A DNA stretch of 64,000 nucleotides, taken from positions 32,001 to 96,000 of IMG/VR virus record IMGVR_UViG_3300010340_000454, one strand, 5' to 3'. The notes beneath the pieces were generated by a model. The model worked only from the letters and a program-made list of their open reading frames with translations, searched no databases and was not told the DNA's origin. Within the stretch, counting starts at the first letter, position 1. Each line of letters starts with the position of its first letter. The translations under genes were made by a program, and so were the position numbers. This stretch comes from a virus. Taxonomy: Duplodnaviria; Caudoviricetes. Below are positions 28,891 through 38,077 of this stretch, one piece after another.

Positions 28891-30180
28891 ATGGCTATCA
28901 AGAGTGTCCGTATTATAAATAGGTTGAGAGAGTTAGTTAACTCTTCCACAACGGACGTTGCCAACTTTAATTTCCGTTCCTTAGAAGAAGTGCAGCAATT
29001 CCTTAGAGGTGTGTCCGATAAAGCCAAAGACTATACCAAGCAATTAAATGACTTGGAAAAAGGCTTTGAGGAAGCCGCCATAAGAGGCGCCATATTTACA
29101 GTAGCCCCAAGGGCTAAAAGAGAACAATACAAACCGGGCAGCGTAAAGAAGGAAAAGCCCAACTTCGTCTTTGACGTTAAGAAGCTAGAAAAGGCTTTCA
29201 GTGTTGTCGATGAAATCCACGACAAAGTTGAAGCAATGGATGCTGTCATCAATAACTTGGCGCTAAACTTTAAAGGCGTTACAGGTTCCGCTAAGCTTAT
29301 ATCTGACGCCAAGAAAGTACGCGCCACATTGCAGGGTCAGTTAGATAAGGCGTATCGGTTCTTAACCGAAACTGCTACCAAGAACGAGCCTGAAAAGTTT
29401 TCTAAGATCGTTACAACTATCTTGGATGACATTCTTAAAACGTTTAGTGAAGACTACGAAAAATACAAGCAGACGGTTTACGTGGTACCTGCCGTTCGTA
29501 ACGGCGTTGACATGGTATTGTTTTCTAGGTATGTGGAATTTATCAATTTCACTAACGATGACGGTACTGTATACCCTAAGGTTTACTTAGTGTTCAATTG
29601 CTTGCTAGACGAGTTTGGAAATCAGACCTATAGCGTTAATTCCTTCCGTGAGTTCTCTCCTCCAGGTAAAGCCACTAGAGGCGCAGAATTTACTAACGCA
29701 GAATCTGGACGAGTTAAGGCTTACATAGAATTAGAACACCACAACTTTGCTACTATGATTGAACGTGTTCCTGTTCCAGCGGAAGGCCATGAACTGAAAG
29801 CCATAAACTGGGGCGTTCCCAAAGACTGGATTAAGTCTGTAAAAGTTGAGGACAATGTTATTGACTTCGCCTTTACGCAGAAGGTTACTTCCGCTAATAA
29901 AGACAAAGCTATTGCACAGGTAATGCTTGATCTAAAGACTTTCTTTTCTTCTCGCATTAAAGCAAGTATCGCCCCTAAGCCTTACAAAATAGGAAAGAAT
30001 TTCGGTGCAGAATTTATACTCACTCTGCCTGACAACAATGCTGTGAAACGTCAGATGCGTGCCGACGCACACTCCCTCCAGTACTTGCAAAACAAGTTAG
30101 GTTTGAGTGATAAACAAGCAGTAGGCCTAGTTAAATACCTCAACCAGCTGGCGGAAGACGAAGGAGGTCACCTGAAATGA
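28891..30180 (+). CDS. Hypothetical protein, probably head-associated
   Basis: 429-aa ORF with GAGGT RBS; first gene after motif A. Confidence 0.6.
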   Translation: MAIKSVRIINRLRELVNSSTTDVANFNFRSLEEVQQFLRGVSDKAKDYTKQLNDLEKGFEEAAIRGAIFTVAPRAKREQYKPGSVKKEKPNFVFDVKKLEKAFSVVDEIHDKVEAMDAVINNLALNFKGVTGSAKLISDAKKVRATLQGQLDKAYRFLTETATKNEPEKFSKIVTTILDDILKTFSEDYEKYKQTVYVVPAVRNGVDMVLFSRYVEFINFTNDDGTVYPKVYLVFNCLLDEFGNQTYSVNSFREFSPPGKATRGAEFTNAESGRVKAYIELEHHNFATMIERVPVPAEGHELKAINWGVPKDWIKSVKVEDNVIDFAFTQKVTSANKDKAIAQVMLDLKTFFSSRIKASIAPKPYKIGKNFGAEFILTLPDNNAVKRQMRADAHSLQYLQNKLGLSDKQAVGLVKYLNQLAEDEGGHLK

Positions 30181-30533
30181 GAACCCTTAAGACAAAAGAA
30201 ACTGCCGCGTCCAGCATCGTTGGTCTGGTTGTAGGTTTGTGTAAAAAGAACAAGCTGGCAGTTAAGGCAGTTAGTCCTGCACTCGACGCACAAGACGAAG
30301 CCGTAACATTGATAGATATAGTGGTGAACGACAAACTTATGCTTGAAAGTGGATCCTACTTTCTTCCTATGCCTTTAGTCGTTGCCTTGAATAAGCTATC
30401 TTTTTCTACGAAAAAATTTATGTACACCACAGGGCACAACCCAAAAAATCCTCGCATTTTAACACTACTCGTTAATGAAGTTAGCAACACCATGGCACCT
30501 TATAAGGTAAATACAAACCAAGCAAACGTGTAA
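30177..30533 (+). CDS. Hypothetical protein
   Basis: ATGA overlap with the upstream gene; GGAGG RBS. Confidence 0.65.
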   Translation: MRTLKTKETAASSIVGLVVGLCKKNKLAVKAVSPALDAQDEAVTLIDIVVNDKLMLESGSYFLPMPLVVALNKLSFSTKKFMYTTGHNPKNPRILTLLVNEVSNTMAPYKVNTNQANV

Positions 30534-30556
30534 ATACACACACCCCGGAGTTTAAA

Positions 30557-31390
30557 ATGAAAAACGGTATTGATTTTAACAAAATGGCTGCTCGCGTTAA
30601 GAAGGCTACTGGCGCTGAGACTTTCGCAAAGCTTCACGACTTCGCTCCTGTGACTGCCTCAGTTGATGGCGTTACTCCTAGCGTTTTCAAGGTTGTGGTG
30701 ACTTTCTCGAAAGAGGCCAACAAGCAAGCTCTTCACCGCGCCGTTGCCGCTGCTACGCAGAACAAAGTTGCACCTGTCGAGGCTTCTTTCCGTCCTATCC
30801 CTGGCACCAAAGCTTTCGTCGGTTTTGTCGCCCGCAACGCCGAAGTCCGCGATTATGAAACGGCTGCTGTGGAAGGCATGAAAGTGATGGCTTCTAACCT
30901 GCTGATGGATGAGTCTGACAAGTCTCTGTGGGAAGTACGTTCTAATGGTGACGCCAAGTTCCTTACTCGTCATGCAGAAGATGACCTGAACGAACTGGTT
31001 GCGCTGGCTAACGTGCGTCTTGACAACCGTACTTTCGGTGTTCCTGTTCTGTCTAGCCTCGGTACCCCTGAAGCTGTTGTCAATGAAGCTGTGGTTTTCG
31101 TTAACCCGGAAACCGCGTGTGTCCAGCACGCAATCATTATCGCTGCCTGCGACGGTGAAATCGAAGCCATTGACATGGACTCTATGGAGCGTGTTAAGGT
31201 AGACCCTGAAACCGTTGTGGAAATGGCGTCGTTTGACGCTAAGGAAGTGGTTGCAGCTTTCCCCGAAGTCGCTGCCCCGGAGAACTTCAACGCTCCTACT
31301 ATGGAAGCCTACTACAAGCAGGTTTTTGGGTACGATGCTGCATATTGGGCAGAGTTCAAGAAAATCCTGGATAGCCGTGCAACCATCTAA
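30557..31390 (+). CDS. Probably abundant virion (head) protein
   Basis: Codon usage typical of highly expressed genes, followed by a terminator; contains several E[VT]xA motifs. Confidence 0.55.
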   Translation: MKNGIDFNKMAARVKKATGAETFAKLHDFAPVTASVDGVTPSVFKVVVTFSKEANKQALHRAVAAATQNKVAPVEASFRPIPGTKAFVGFVARNAEVRDYETAAVEGMKVMASNLLMDESDKSLWEVRSNGDAKFLTRHAEDDLNELVALANVRLDNRTFGVPVLSSLGTPEAVVNEAVVFVNPETACVQHAIIIAACDGEIEAIDMDSMERVKVDPETVVEMASFDAKEVVAAFPEVAAPENFNAPTMEAYYKQVFGYDAAYWAEFKKILDSRATI

Positions 31391-31400
31391 GTGAAACACG

Positions 31401-31433
31401 AGGAAAGGCTGCTTTTGTGGCCTTTCCTTACTT
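31401..31433 (+). terminator. Rho-independent terminator
   Basis: AGGAAAGGC...GCCTTTCCT stem. Confidence 0.7.
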
Positions 31434-31453
31434 GTATCTGACAGGAGGTAAGC

Positions 31454-32629
31454 ATGGCAGGTTTTCTGAATAGCTTTAGCCCTATTGTTGCAGGTAGCTC
31501 AGGAACTACTGCAATTCAGTTTATACTGCCACCCGGCACGGATGCGTCCTTAGGCAGTATTACTTACAAGCTTCAAGACCCTGACGGTATTGTCTACGCA
31601 TCAGGTAACGCTATAGGGTATAGTGTGACTGCTGCTCCTAATGCTGTACAGGTTAACGGAACTATTGTGTTAGCTATTCCAGATAGCATACCAACTAACA
31701 CAGTAGGGACCGCTTACCAAGTCTCCATGACGCTAACACTACCTGGCCAGAACTCGGTTATGCAGAATGCCTTGGTTACGGTTCTGCCCAACACTATGGT
31801 TGCAACAGGTGCGTCCGATACTGTAATTATTCAAGGCAACTTGTCGGAACTAGAGTTAGTACTACCTAATGTAGAGGCTTACGTTACAGCAAACTTCTAC
31901 CGGGACAACGACATAATTAACCCTACGCCCCCGACAGTCACAGGGCCTGTAGCAACTTCTGACGGGTATAGGTACACCATCAGTGTTAACACTTCCCAGA
32001 TTCCTCCATCCCTAGAACCTTATGGTGTTATTTGGTTGTTTGGGGATAGTAACGTCTCTATATCTGACCAAGAACAGTCGGCTGTTTACATAGTTACGCC
32101 TACACAAATTCAGGCTGCTAAGGACTTGATGTTGCGTATCAATAAAGCGAGAACAAGCATCGGAGACAAGCCTACTTTCTCAGTTACCGAAATGTTCTCC
32201 TATTTGCGTCGTGGTATGGACTGGTTCAACTCCACTGGAGTAGCTACTTCGTTTACTATGACGAATGCGAAGTACGGTACCCGAGAATTTTGGTTGAAGT
32301 TTTCCGAAGTTATCGCGTTACGCGCTCAGTATATGTTTGAAGGTGAAACCGCTTTCGACTTCCAAGGACAGGCAATATCTCTTAACGTGGATCGCGCCCA
32401 ATACTACGAAGGCCTCGCTTCTTCTATTGAAAATGAAGCGATGGAGCCTACTCGTCAGTACAAGCAGCAACTAGGTAAACGGGGCAATACAGGAGGTGAT
32501 GGATCAGTAAATCCGAATACTCTGAGGCATGGAGCAATCGGTAGCGTAGGTATCTCGCTGACGCCTGTGTCTAATATTCGCCTTGGTAACCCCAACTCTT
32601 ATTTCTTCGGCATTCGGCCTTTCTGGTGA
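31454..32629 (+). CDS. Putative neck / head-tail adaptor protein with Ig-like N-terminal part
   Basis: The C-terminal FQGQAISLNVDRAQYY resembles neck (gp13-type) proteins; the N-terminus is beta-rich. Confidence 0.45.
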   Translation: MAGFLNSFSPIVAGSSGTTAIQFILPPGTDASLGSITYKLQDPDGIVYASGNAIGYSVTAAPNAVQVNGTIVLAIPDSIPTNTVGTAYQVSMTLTLPGQNSVMQNALVTVLPNTMVATGASDTVIIQGNLSELELVLPNVEAYVTANFYRDNDIINPTPPTVTGPVATSDGYRYTISVNTSQIPPSLEPYGVIWLFGDSNVSISDQEQSAVYIVTPTQIQAAKDLMLRINKARTSIGDKPTFSVTEMFSYLRRGMDWFNSTGVATSFTMTNAKYGTREFWLKFSEVIALRAQYMFEGETAFDFQGQAISLNVDRAQYYEGLASSIENEAMEPTRQYKQQLGKRGNTGGDGSVNPNTLRHGAIGSVGISLTPVSNIRLGNPNSYFFGIRPFW

Positions 32630-32633
32630 CAAA

Positions 32634-32960
32634 ATGAAAACTTTAGAACTTGCAAAGAAGGCAGTAGCTAGACTTAAGGAAGTCTCTGCAAATAAACATG
32701 TACCGTCTAGTCGATGGGAAGTCGTTGAGGATAAAAAACTCAAAGGTTCCTCTCATTCTGGTTTTCTAAAACTAGTTTATAGAGGTCACACGCTGCATAT
32801 AGGAGCTGCCCCTGGACCTAAAGGCTACACTGGGTATATAGATCGCAAACTCGTCATTACCCCAGACGTGGCACTTTATGATGGGGCACCTGGCCGATCC
32901 AAGCTAGCCTTTAAGTTGCAGGAAATGATAGATACGTCACTAAACAAAAAGGGAGCATAA
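32634..32960 (+). CDS. MKTLEL-leader family protein (leader only, no DHP motif)
   Basis: Starts MKTLELAKKAVARLKEVSA; ATG 32634 is preferred to the track's start at 32583. Confidence 0.75.
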   Translation: MKTLELAKKAVARLKEVSANKHVPSSRWEVVEDKKLKGSSHSGFLKLVYRGHTLHIGAAPGPKGYTGYIDRKLVITPDVALYDGAPGRSKLAFKLQEMIDTSLNKKGA

Positions 32961-32962
32961 TC

Positions 32963-33409
32963 GTGCCTAAACTTGTACGCGCAAATCAGGAACCAGATTT
33001 TGAGTTACATGGACAAATCGTCCAGTTCTTCCTAGATAACCCTTCTGCTAGCGACGCTCAGGTGCACACTTGGTCTACTTCGCTCGGTGTCGAACCCGAA
33101 ATTATGGAAGCCGCTATCTACAAGTTGCTTTCTAGCCTGCTTCGAGCTATTGGAAAACACAATCATATTCCAGACGTTTCTCTTGACCAAATACAATTGG
33201 ACCAAGGCATACGTATCGAAATGGAACACACTGATATTCCGTTCATTGCCAAGATGATTGCTAAAGATCACCTTGTGGAATGCCCTGAGTACTACACATA
33301 CTTAGCGAAAGCGGAGTCGGATTGCGCTAATGGGGAAATGACAGATAGAACCCCTCTCATTACAGTATCTTCTGTTTTGAAGAATATAAAGAAGGCCAAA
33401 GGAAAATGA
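32963..33409 (+). CDS. DUF5661-like protein
   Basis: GIRIEMEHT...AKMIAKDHL.E.PEYY..L motif. Confidence 0.7.
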   Translation: MPKLVRANQEPDFELHGQIVQFFLDNPSASDAQVHTWSTSLGVEPEIMEAAIYKLLSSLLRAIGKHNHIPDVSLDQIQLDQGIRIEMEHTDIPFIAKMIAKDHLVECPEYYTYLAKAESDCANGEMTDRTPLITVSSVLKNIKKAKGK

Positions 33410-34287
33410 AAACCATTAGTTTCGCTTTAGCTGCCATACAAAGAATAGAAGTTGCTAAACAAACTAGCGAATGGTGGGAGTCCCAAAGCGACTCTTTCAA
33501 AGAACAATACATTAAAGACCACCCTAGATCCAAGTTTGCCCGAGAGGCTAGGGCCTTAGAAGATAAGGAAGGCAAGCACGCAAAAAAGTATTCGGAAGTT
33601 TTCGATAAAGACTTCTATACTGCCAAGAAGCCTTCTCCTAAGGATAAGGAGGCTCCCAAGAAGAGTCCTCCGAAATCGTTAATGCCTACTGCGGTTAAAG
33701 CATTAGACTACGCATCAGAGGAATTTTTTAAACAAGCAACAAGTTCAATCAATAGGTTCTTAAATGTAGATACCTTTGATTTAACGCCTCTACATGTTAA
33801 GTCCTTAAAATTACTAGACTCCGCAATAAGCAAAAAATTACAAGTCTATGCCAAGCAAAAGGCACAGATACGTAAACAGCAAAAGGTATTGCAGTCTAAG
33901 TTAAAGAAGGCAACTACTAAGGAAGAGAAAGCCGCAGTCAAGAGAGAAATATCCAAACTAGAGACTTCCCATAATAGGATAACTCGCCAGGAGCAAGGCC
34001 TTACTAAAAGCCATGCCGCATTGGTTGAAAAACATCCTGGTGTTCTAAAGAACGTAAACACTATTAGGAAGCAGCGTAAGGCTCGTGCAGAGAAAAAATC
34101 TAACGAGGCTAAGATCAATAAAGAGATAACTAAACTGAAGTCTAGTCTAGCTAAAGTACAGAAAGCAATGGAAGCTTCTACAGATTCTAAGGAGCGCAGA
34201 CAATACCGCGCAAAGATCAGGGAAATAAAAGCAGAGATAGTTTTAAAAACCAAAGAACTTAAATCCAACAGCAAGGTGAACCCATGA
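33406..34287 (+). CDS. Lys-rich leader-family protein (divergent)
   Basis: MKTISFALAAIQRIEVA leader and WW...YIKDHPRSKF motif; coiled-coil basic body. Confidence 0.75.
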   Translation: MKTISFALAAIQRIEVAKQTSEWWESQSDSFKEQYIKDHPRSKFAREARALEDKEGKHAKKYSEVFDKDFYTAKKPSPKDKEAPKKSPPKSLMPTAVKALDYASEEFFKQATSSINRFLNVDTFDLTPLHVKSLKLLDSAISKKLQVYAKQKAQIRKQQKVLQSKLKKATTKEEKAAVKREISKLETSHNRITRQEQGLTKSHAALVEKHPGVLKNVNTIRKQRKARAEKKSNEAKINKEITKLKSSLAKVQKAMEASTDSKERRQYRAKIREIKAEIVLKTKELKSNSKVNP

Positions 34288-34694
34288 AAACATTAGAACT
34301 AGCCAAGAAAGCCATAACCCGCATAGCAGAAGTAGCCGTAACCCAAGATCAATTCGACGCTTGGAATTCAACTAAGAAGAGACAGTGGTTGAAAGACCAC
34401 CCTACAAGTAAGTTTGGGAAGAAGCCTGCAGGTAAAGCTAAACCTACTGGTGGTAAATCCCCTAAGAGTAAACTTAAAGAACAGAAGACTGACCCTAAAG
34501 TTCAAAAACTATTGGACCTAAAGAAAAGCTTGGAAGATAAATGGGACGCCCTAGATGAAGAATACGAACGTATTCGCAGAACAACTAATACAGGGATGAG
34601 CCGCAGCCGAGAAAACGATAAGCTAGACTCAATAAATAGGCGAAAGGAAAAGATAGAGATTAAGCTAGACGAAATAGAAGATAAATTGCCCTGA
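34284..34694 (+). CDS. MKTLEL-leader family protein
   Basis: Leader followed by QWLKDHPTSKFG. Confidence 0.8.
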   Translation: MKTLELAKKAITRIAEVAVTQDQFDAWNSTKKRQWLKDHPTSKFGKKPAGKAKPTGGKSPKSKLKEQKTDPKVQKLLDLKKSLEDKWDALDEEYERIRRTTNTGMSRSRENDKLDSINRRKEKIEIKLDEIEDKLP

Positions 34695-34718
34695 TTATAA
34701 CCAATAGAGGAAAGCGAA

Positions 34719-34937
34719 ATGGAAAATAAAAGCTTCATTTATTCCAAGACCAATATCTTCGCTATTCTGCTAGCTATTCTGGTGCAGTTCCAAGAGTATA
34801 TTCCTATGCTTCAGGATATTGCACCAGCTGAGTTATACAAGCAGATCGCTATTTGGGTTCCTGTTGCTATCGTGGTTCTTCGTGCTATGACCACAAGCGG
34901 CATTTCGCCTAGACTGCCTTGGTCTACTAGCAAGTAA
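34719..34937 (+). CDS. Small two-TM membrane protein (holin-like)
   Basis: Two hydrophobic segments and a LRAMTT motif; GAGG RBS. Confidence 0.55.
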   Translation: MENKSFIYSKTNIFAILLAILVQFQEYIPMLQDIAPAELYKQIAIWVPVAIVVLRAMTTSGISPRLPWSTSK

Positions 34938-34979
34938 GGAAAAATTGGACAAGGACGTCCTTCATCCAGGTAAAAAATT

Positions 34980-35588
34980 ATGCCAATAATCTCCTCTAAG
35001 AAAAAGCTTTCTTCTAAAGGTAAAGACGAAAGCAAGAAGGAATCCAAAGTAAAGAAACCGAAACACCTAAAAGAATTTAGTAAGGAACTAGACTTAGACT
35101 CCATAAAAGACACACAGTCTTACTTAAAAGACAAGTCTAGAAAAATCCGCAAGCTTGTTAAGAACGGGGAGAACGATGCTGCTGCGGAAATGATTATGAA
35201 GTCGCTTACTTCTGTCCTAGTTGACCTGCTCCCTATCGCTGAGGAACGTTATAGGTCAGACCCTAGGCAGGGTAACGCTTACGCTTTCAATAACTTGGTG
35301 TCTACAGCAAGAGAACTTGTAGCAGACCTCCAAGCTAACACAGATAAGTCGGTTGTGGTTAACAACATTATTTTCAACATTCTACAGCCTTCTTCTACAA
35401 CCATCGTTACCTTCCTTATTGATACCAATTTCTCCTTCAAGAAAGAATTAGCAGGCTACATTAAGCCTGAACATGCGAAAGACGCTAACGACGTTATCGA
35501 CAAAATGTCTAAGAGTTATGTGTCTTTCCTCAAAGCAGTATTGGTTGACATTCAAGACCGCATTTCACAAGCCTTACAGGATGCTTAA
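34980..35588 (+). CDS. Hypothetical helical protein with Lys-rich N-terminus
   Basis: 202-aa ORF within the operon. Confidence 0.65.
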   Translation: MPIISSKKKLSSKGKDESKKESKVKKPKHLKEFSKELDLDSIKDTQSYLKDKSRKIRKLVKNGENDAAAEMIMKSLTSVLVDLLPIAEERYRSDPRQGNAYAFNNLVSTARELVADLQANTDKSVVVNNIIFNILQPSSTTIVTFLIDTNFSFKKELAGYIKPEHAKDANDVIDKMSKSYVSFLKAVLVDIQDRISQALQDA

Positions 35589-35590
35589 TC

Positions 35591-36397
35591 ATGCACACTT
35601 TAGAACTAGCCAAGAAGGCGGTAGAGCGTTTAGCAGAAGTGGCAATTACCCAAGAGCACTTTGACTCCTGGGACTCCGCAAAACAGAAACAGTGGCTCAA
35701 GGATCACCCTAACAGCAAGTTTGGTAAGAAGCCTGCAGGTAAAGCCCCTAAAAATAAACCTATTAAGCAGGCAGATTTGAAGAAAGCGGCTACACCGACA
35801 ACCCCAAAAGAAAAATACGTAACCTACAAACCTAAGTTTACGGAAGTCCCTAGCGGTATTGAGGCTATAATTATAGATAAGCCTCGTACTGAGGAAGACA
35901 GAAAGAAGTCGGCTAAAATACTGAAAGAATTTGAAGAAGACCTGAACAACCAAGTAAAACACATGCAGGAGAATACAGGTCATGGCTACACTCAATCTGC
36001 GGTGCGTTCTCTTGCAGATAGAAGTCATAAAGTAATAGACGTGGCTAGGAAACTGGAGCCTATAGTAGACGACTTTAATGTTGCAATGAGAGGATTCATA
36101 AAAGTTCGAGACTCAAAAGACCCTGAAAAAATTCAAGCCGCGGCTCGAGGAATAGATAAGGTGCTGTGGTCGACCCGTCAATTTAGAGGCCCTGCACTCA
36201 CCCTTGTAAAGAAAGGGCGTATCCTTAAGTCGGTTTCTCCTTTAGCCAAAGGCTGTACTATGCGACTGGAATACATGGCTAAGGCTAGAGATGCTGCTCT
36301 TAAGGAAGCTAAACACGCAGGGTTGACCGATACCCAAAAAGACGCGGCGGCTAAACGTTCAGCTAGTATGCGTGCTCGTTGGGGTAGTATGTACTAA
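35591..36397 (+). CDS. MKTLEL-leader family protein (MHTLEL)
   Basis: Leader followed by QWLKDHPNSKFG. Confidence 0.8.
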   Translation: MHTLELAKKAVERLAEVAITQEHFDSWDSAKQKQWLKDHPNSKFGKKPAGKAPKNKPIKQADLKKAATPTTPKEKYVTYKPKFTEVPSGIEAIIIDKPRTEEDRKKSAKILKEFEEDLNNQVKHMQENTGHGYTQSAVRSLADRSHKVIDVARKLEPIVDDFNVAMRGFIKVRDSKDPEKIQAAARGIDKVLWSTRQFRGPALTLVKKGRILKSVSPLAKGCTMRLEYMAKARDAALKEAKHAGLTDTQKDAAAKRSASMRARWGSMY

Positions 36398-36473
36398 TGC
36401 CTGCAAAAAAGAAATAGGGTCAAACAGTCTCTTACATAACAAACGTCATAATCACATGGTAGGACGAAAATGA
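36397..36473 (+). pseudogene. Internally deleted copy of the HNH gene at 37264
   Basis: Reads MPAKKK*GQTVSY fused to HNKRHNHMVGRK*, matching both ends of the intact gene (MPAKKKWGQTGSY...HNKRHKHMIGRK*). Confidence 0.9.
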
Positions 36474-37261
36474 AAACATTGGAACTGGCCAAGAAGGCCG
36501 TAACCCGCATCGCGGAAGTGGCAATTACCCAAGAGCACTTTGACTCCTGGGATTCCAGAAAACAGAAACAGTGGCTTAAGGATCACCCTAACAGTAAGTT
36601 TGGTAAGAAGGAAGCCCCAAAAGCAGGCAGGCCAATTAAGCAGGCTGATCTAAAGAAGTCATCCCAGAAAGAGCCTGAGATTCATTCAAACGTTAAACTT
36701 AAACCTTTCACCCTTAAGGAAGTAGATAAGGAAAAGTTGAAAAAAGCTATTAAAAAAGCTGACGAAGCTTATCGTAAAAGGCTTACAGAGGACTTAAACG
36801 CTAGCGTAGCCTACTTCACTAAACAACTAAAAACCCCTTTAGATCCTAGGTATAAAAAAATCGTAGAACATACCTTAAAAAACCTCACTAAGAAACTTGA
36901 TAAAGTTAAACAACCGTTTAAACCTGGAACTGAAGCTTACAAGTCTATTGTAGACCCTGTCATAGCCAAAATGAGGCAGGCCCATAATAAGGCCGAACTG
37001 AATAGGGTACGTAAGCTTCTTCCTTTGAGTACCCAGAAACAGCTTAATTCATTAGACGCCAAGGTTAAAGCCTTAGACAGCCAGCTAGCTAAGTTACGTA
37101 GTAGTCTGCGCCTAAATGCTAAGAAAGGTATAGCAGGAAACGAAGTGCTTCGTAACGAAGCGGAAGACAAAATAGACATGATTAAGGCACAAATAGAGCG
37201 TATCGAAGAGAAAATTCGAGACGTATTTGACAAAGCAACAAAAGCATACAAGCCTAAATAA
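36470..37261 (+). CDS. MKTLEL-leader family protein
   Basis: Leader followed by QWLKDHPNSKFG. Confidence 0.8.
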   Translation: MKTLELAKKAVTRIAEVAITQEHFDSWDSRKQKQWLKDHPNSKFGKKEAPKAGRPIKQADLKKSSQKEPEIHSNVKLKPFTLKEVDKEKLKKAIKKADEAYRKRLTEDLNASVAYFTKQLKTPLDPRYKKIVEHTLKNLTKKLDKVKQPFKPGTEAYKSIVDPVIAKMRQAHNKAELNRVRKLLPLSTQKQLNSLDAKVKALDSQLAKLRSSLRLNAKKGIAGNEVLRNEAEDKIDMIKAQIERIEEKIRDVFDKATKAYKPK

Positions 37262-37263
37262 CA

Positions 37264-37548
37264 ATGCCTGCAAAAAAGAAGTGGGGCCAAACAGGCTCGT
37301 ACCGAACTAAAGGCGGAACTGTAGCTAAGATACAAAAGCACACGTATCCGCCTAACTGGCGGGAAATATGCAAAGACAAGATACGTGAGGCAGGAGGAAG
37401 GTGTCAAAGGTGCCCTAGCGAAGACAGATTAGAGGTGCACCATATTATAGCGTTGTCTAGAGGTGGTACAAATCATCCCTTAAACCTTATAGTGCTTTGT
37501 TATACGTGCCATAATAAACGACACAAACACATGATAGGCAGGAAATGA
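37264..37548 (+). CDS. Small HNH endonuclease
   Basis: CQRC..LEVHHII..GGTN..NL..LCYTCHNKRH motif. Confidence 0.92.
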   Translation: MPAKKKWGQTGSYRTKGGTVAKIQKHTYPPNWREICKDKIREAGGRCQRCPSEDRLEVHHIIALSRGGTNHPLNLIVLCYTCHNKRHKHMIGRK

Positions 37549-38015
37549 AAACGTTAGAACTAGCCAAGAAAGCCGTAGAACGTTTAGCGGAAACTGCGGT
37601 TACCCAGAAGCAGTTTGACGCTTGGAATTCTACTAAGAAGAGACAGTGGCTTAAGGATCATCCTACGAGTAAGTTCGGAAAGCCTACGGATAAACCTATA
37701 GATAAGTACACCTCTAAGAGTGATTCACTAAAAAATGAAATTTCAGGCTTACGAAAGCAACAGCAACTTTTAAAGTCTAAGATGCGAGCCTTAAATAGAA
37801 AAATTAACCTACTAGAAAAAGATACAACTATAGACGATGATACCGCAGTAAAAAAGATTGACCGTTATTACGATACTATCCATGAATTGCAGAATAAGGA
37901 AGAGTCTATTAGTGCCCGTATCAAAAAGTTAGAGTCTGCTCTAGTAAAAGGGCGACACATCCGCTCCGATAGTAAGGGACTTTTTTATCACAGAAATGAT
38001 GATAAATTCAAATAA
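37545..38015 (+). CDS. MKTLEL-leader family protein
   Basis: Leader followed by QWLKDHPTSKFG. Confidence 0.8.
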   Translation: MKTLELAKKAVERLAETAVTQKQFDAWNSTKKRQWLKDHPTSKFGKPTDKPIDKYTSKSDSLKNEISGLRKQQQLLKSKMRALNRKINLLEKDTTIDDDTAVKKIDRYYDTIHELQNKEESISARIKKLESALVKGRHIRSDSKGLFYHRNDDKFK

Positions 38016-38040
38016 TCCCTAATGACCTAAAACACAATAA

Positions 38041-38048
38041 TGTAAAGT
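38041..38048 (+). promoter_or_regulatory. Putative motif B core (TGTAAAGT)
   Basis: Intergenic, starting 37 nt before GTG 38078. Confidence 0.4.
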
Positions 38049-38077
38049 GTCTTGATAACTTGAATAGGTAACGTATT

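Noticed and set aside
28891-31390. Major capsid protein
   Set aside because: No HK97-fold signature could be recognised; the capsid gene is probably outside the window.
30659-31399. 246-aa minus-strand ORF
   Set aside because: Antisense shadow of a strongly codon-biased + strand gene, with no recognisable protein features.
34284-37690. Repeated DNA read as a CRISPR array or a diversity-generating retroelement
   Set aside because: The repeats are in-frame gene starts with synonymous changes and irregular spacing; there is no cas or reverse transcriptase gene and no adenine-specific pattern.
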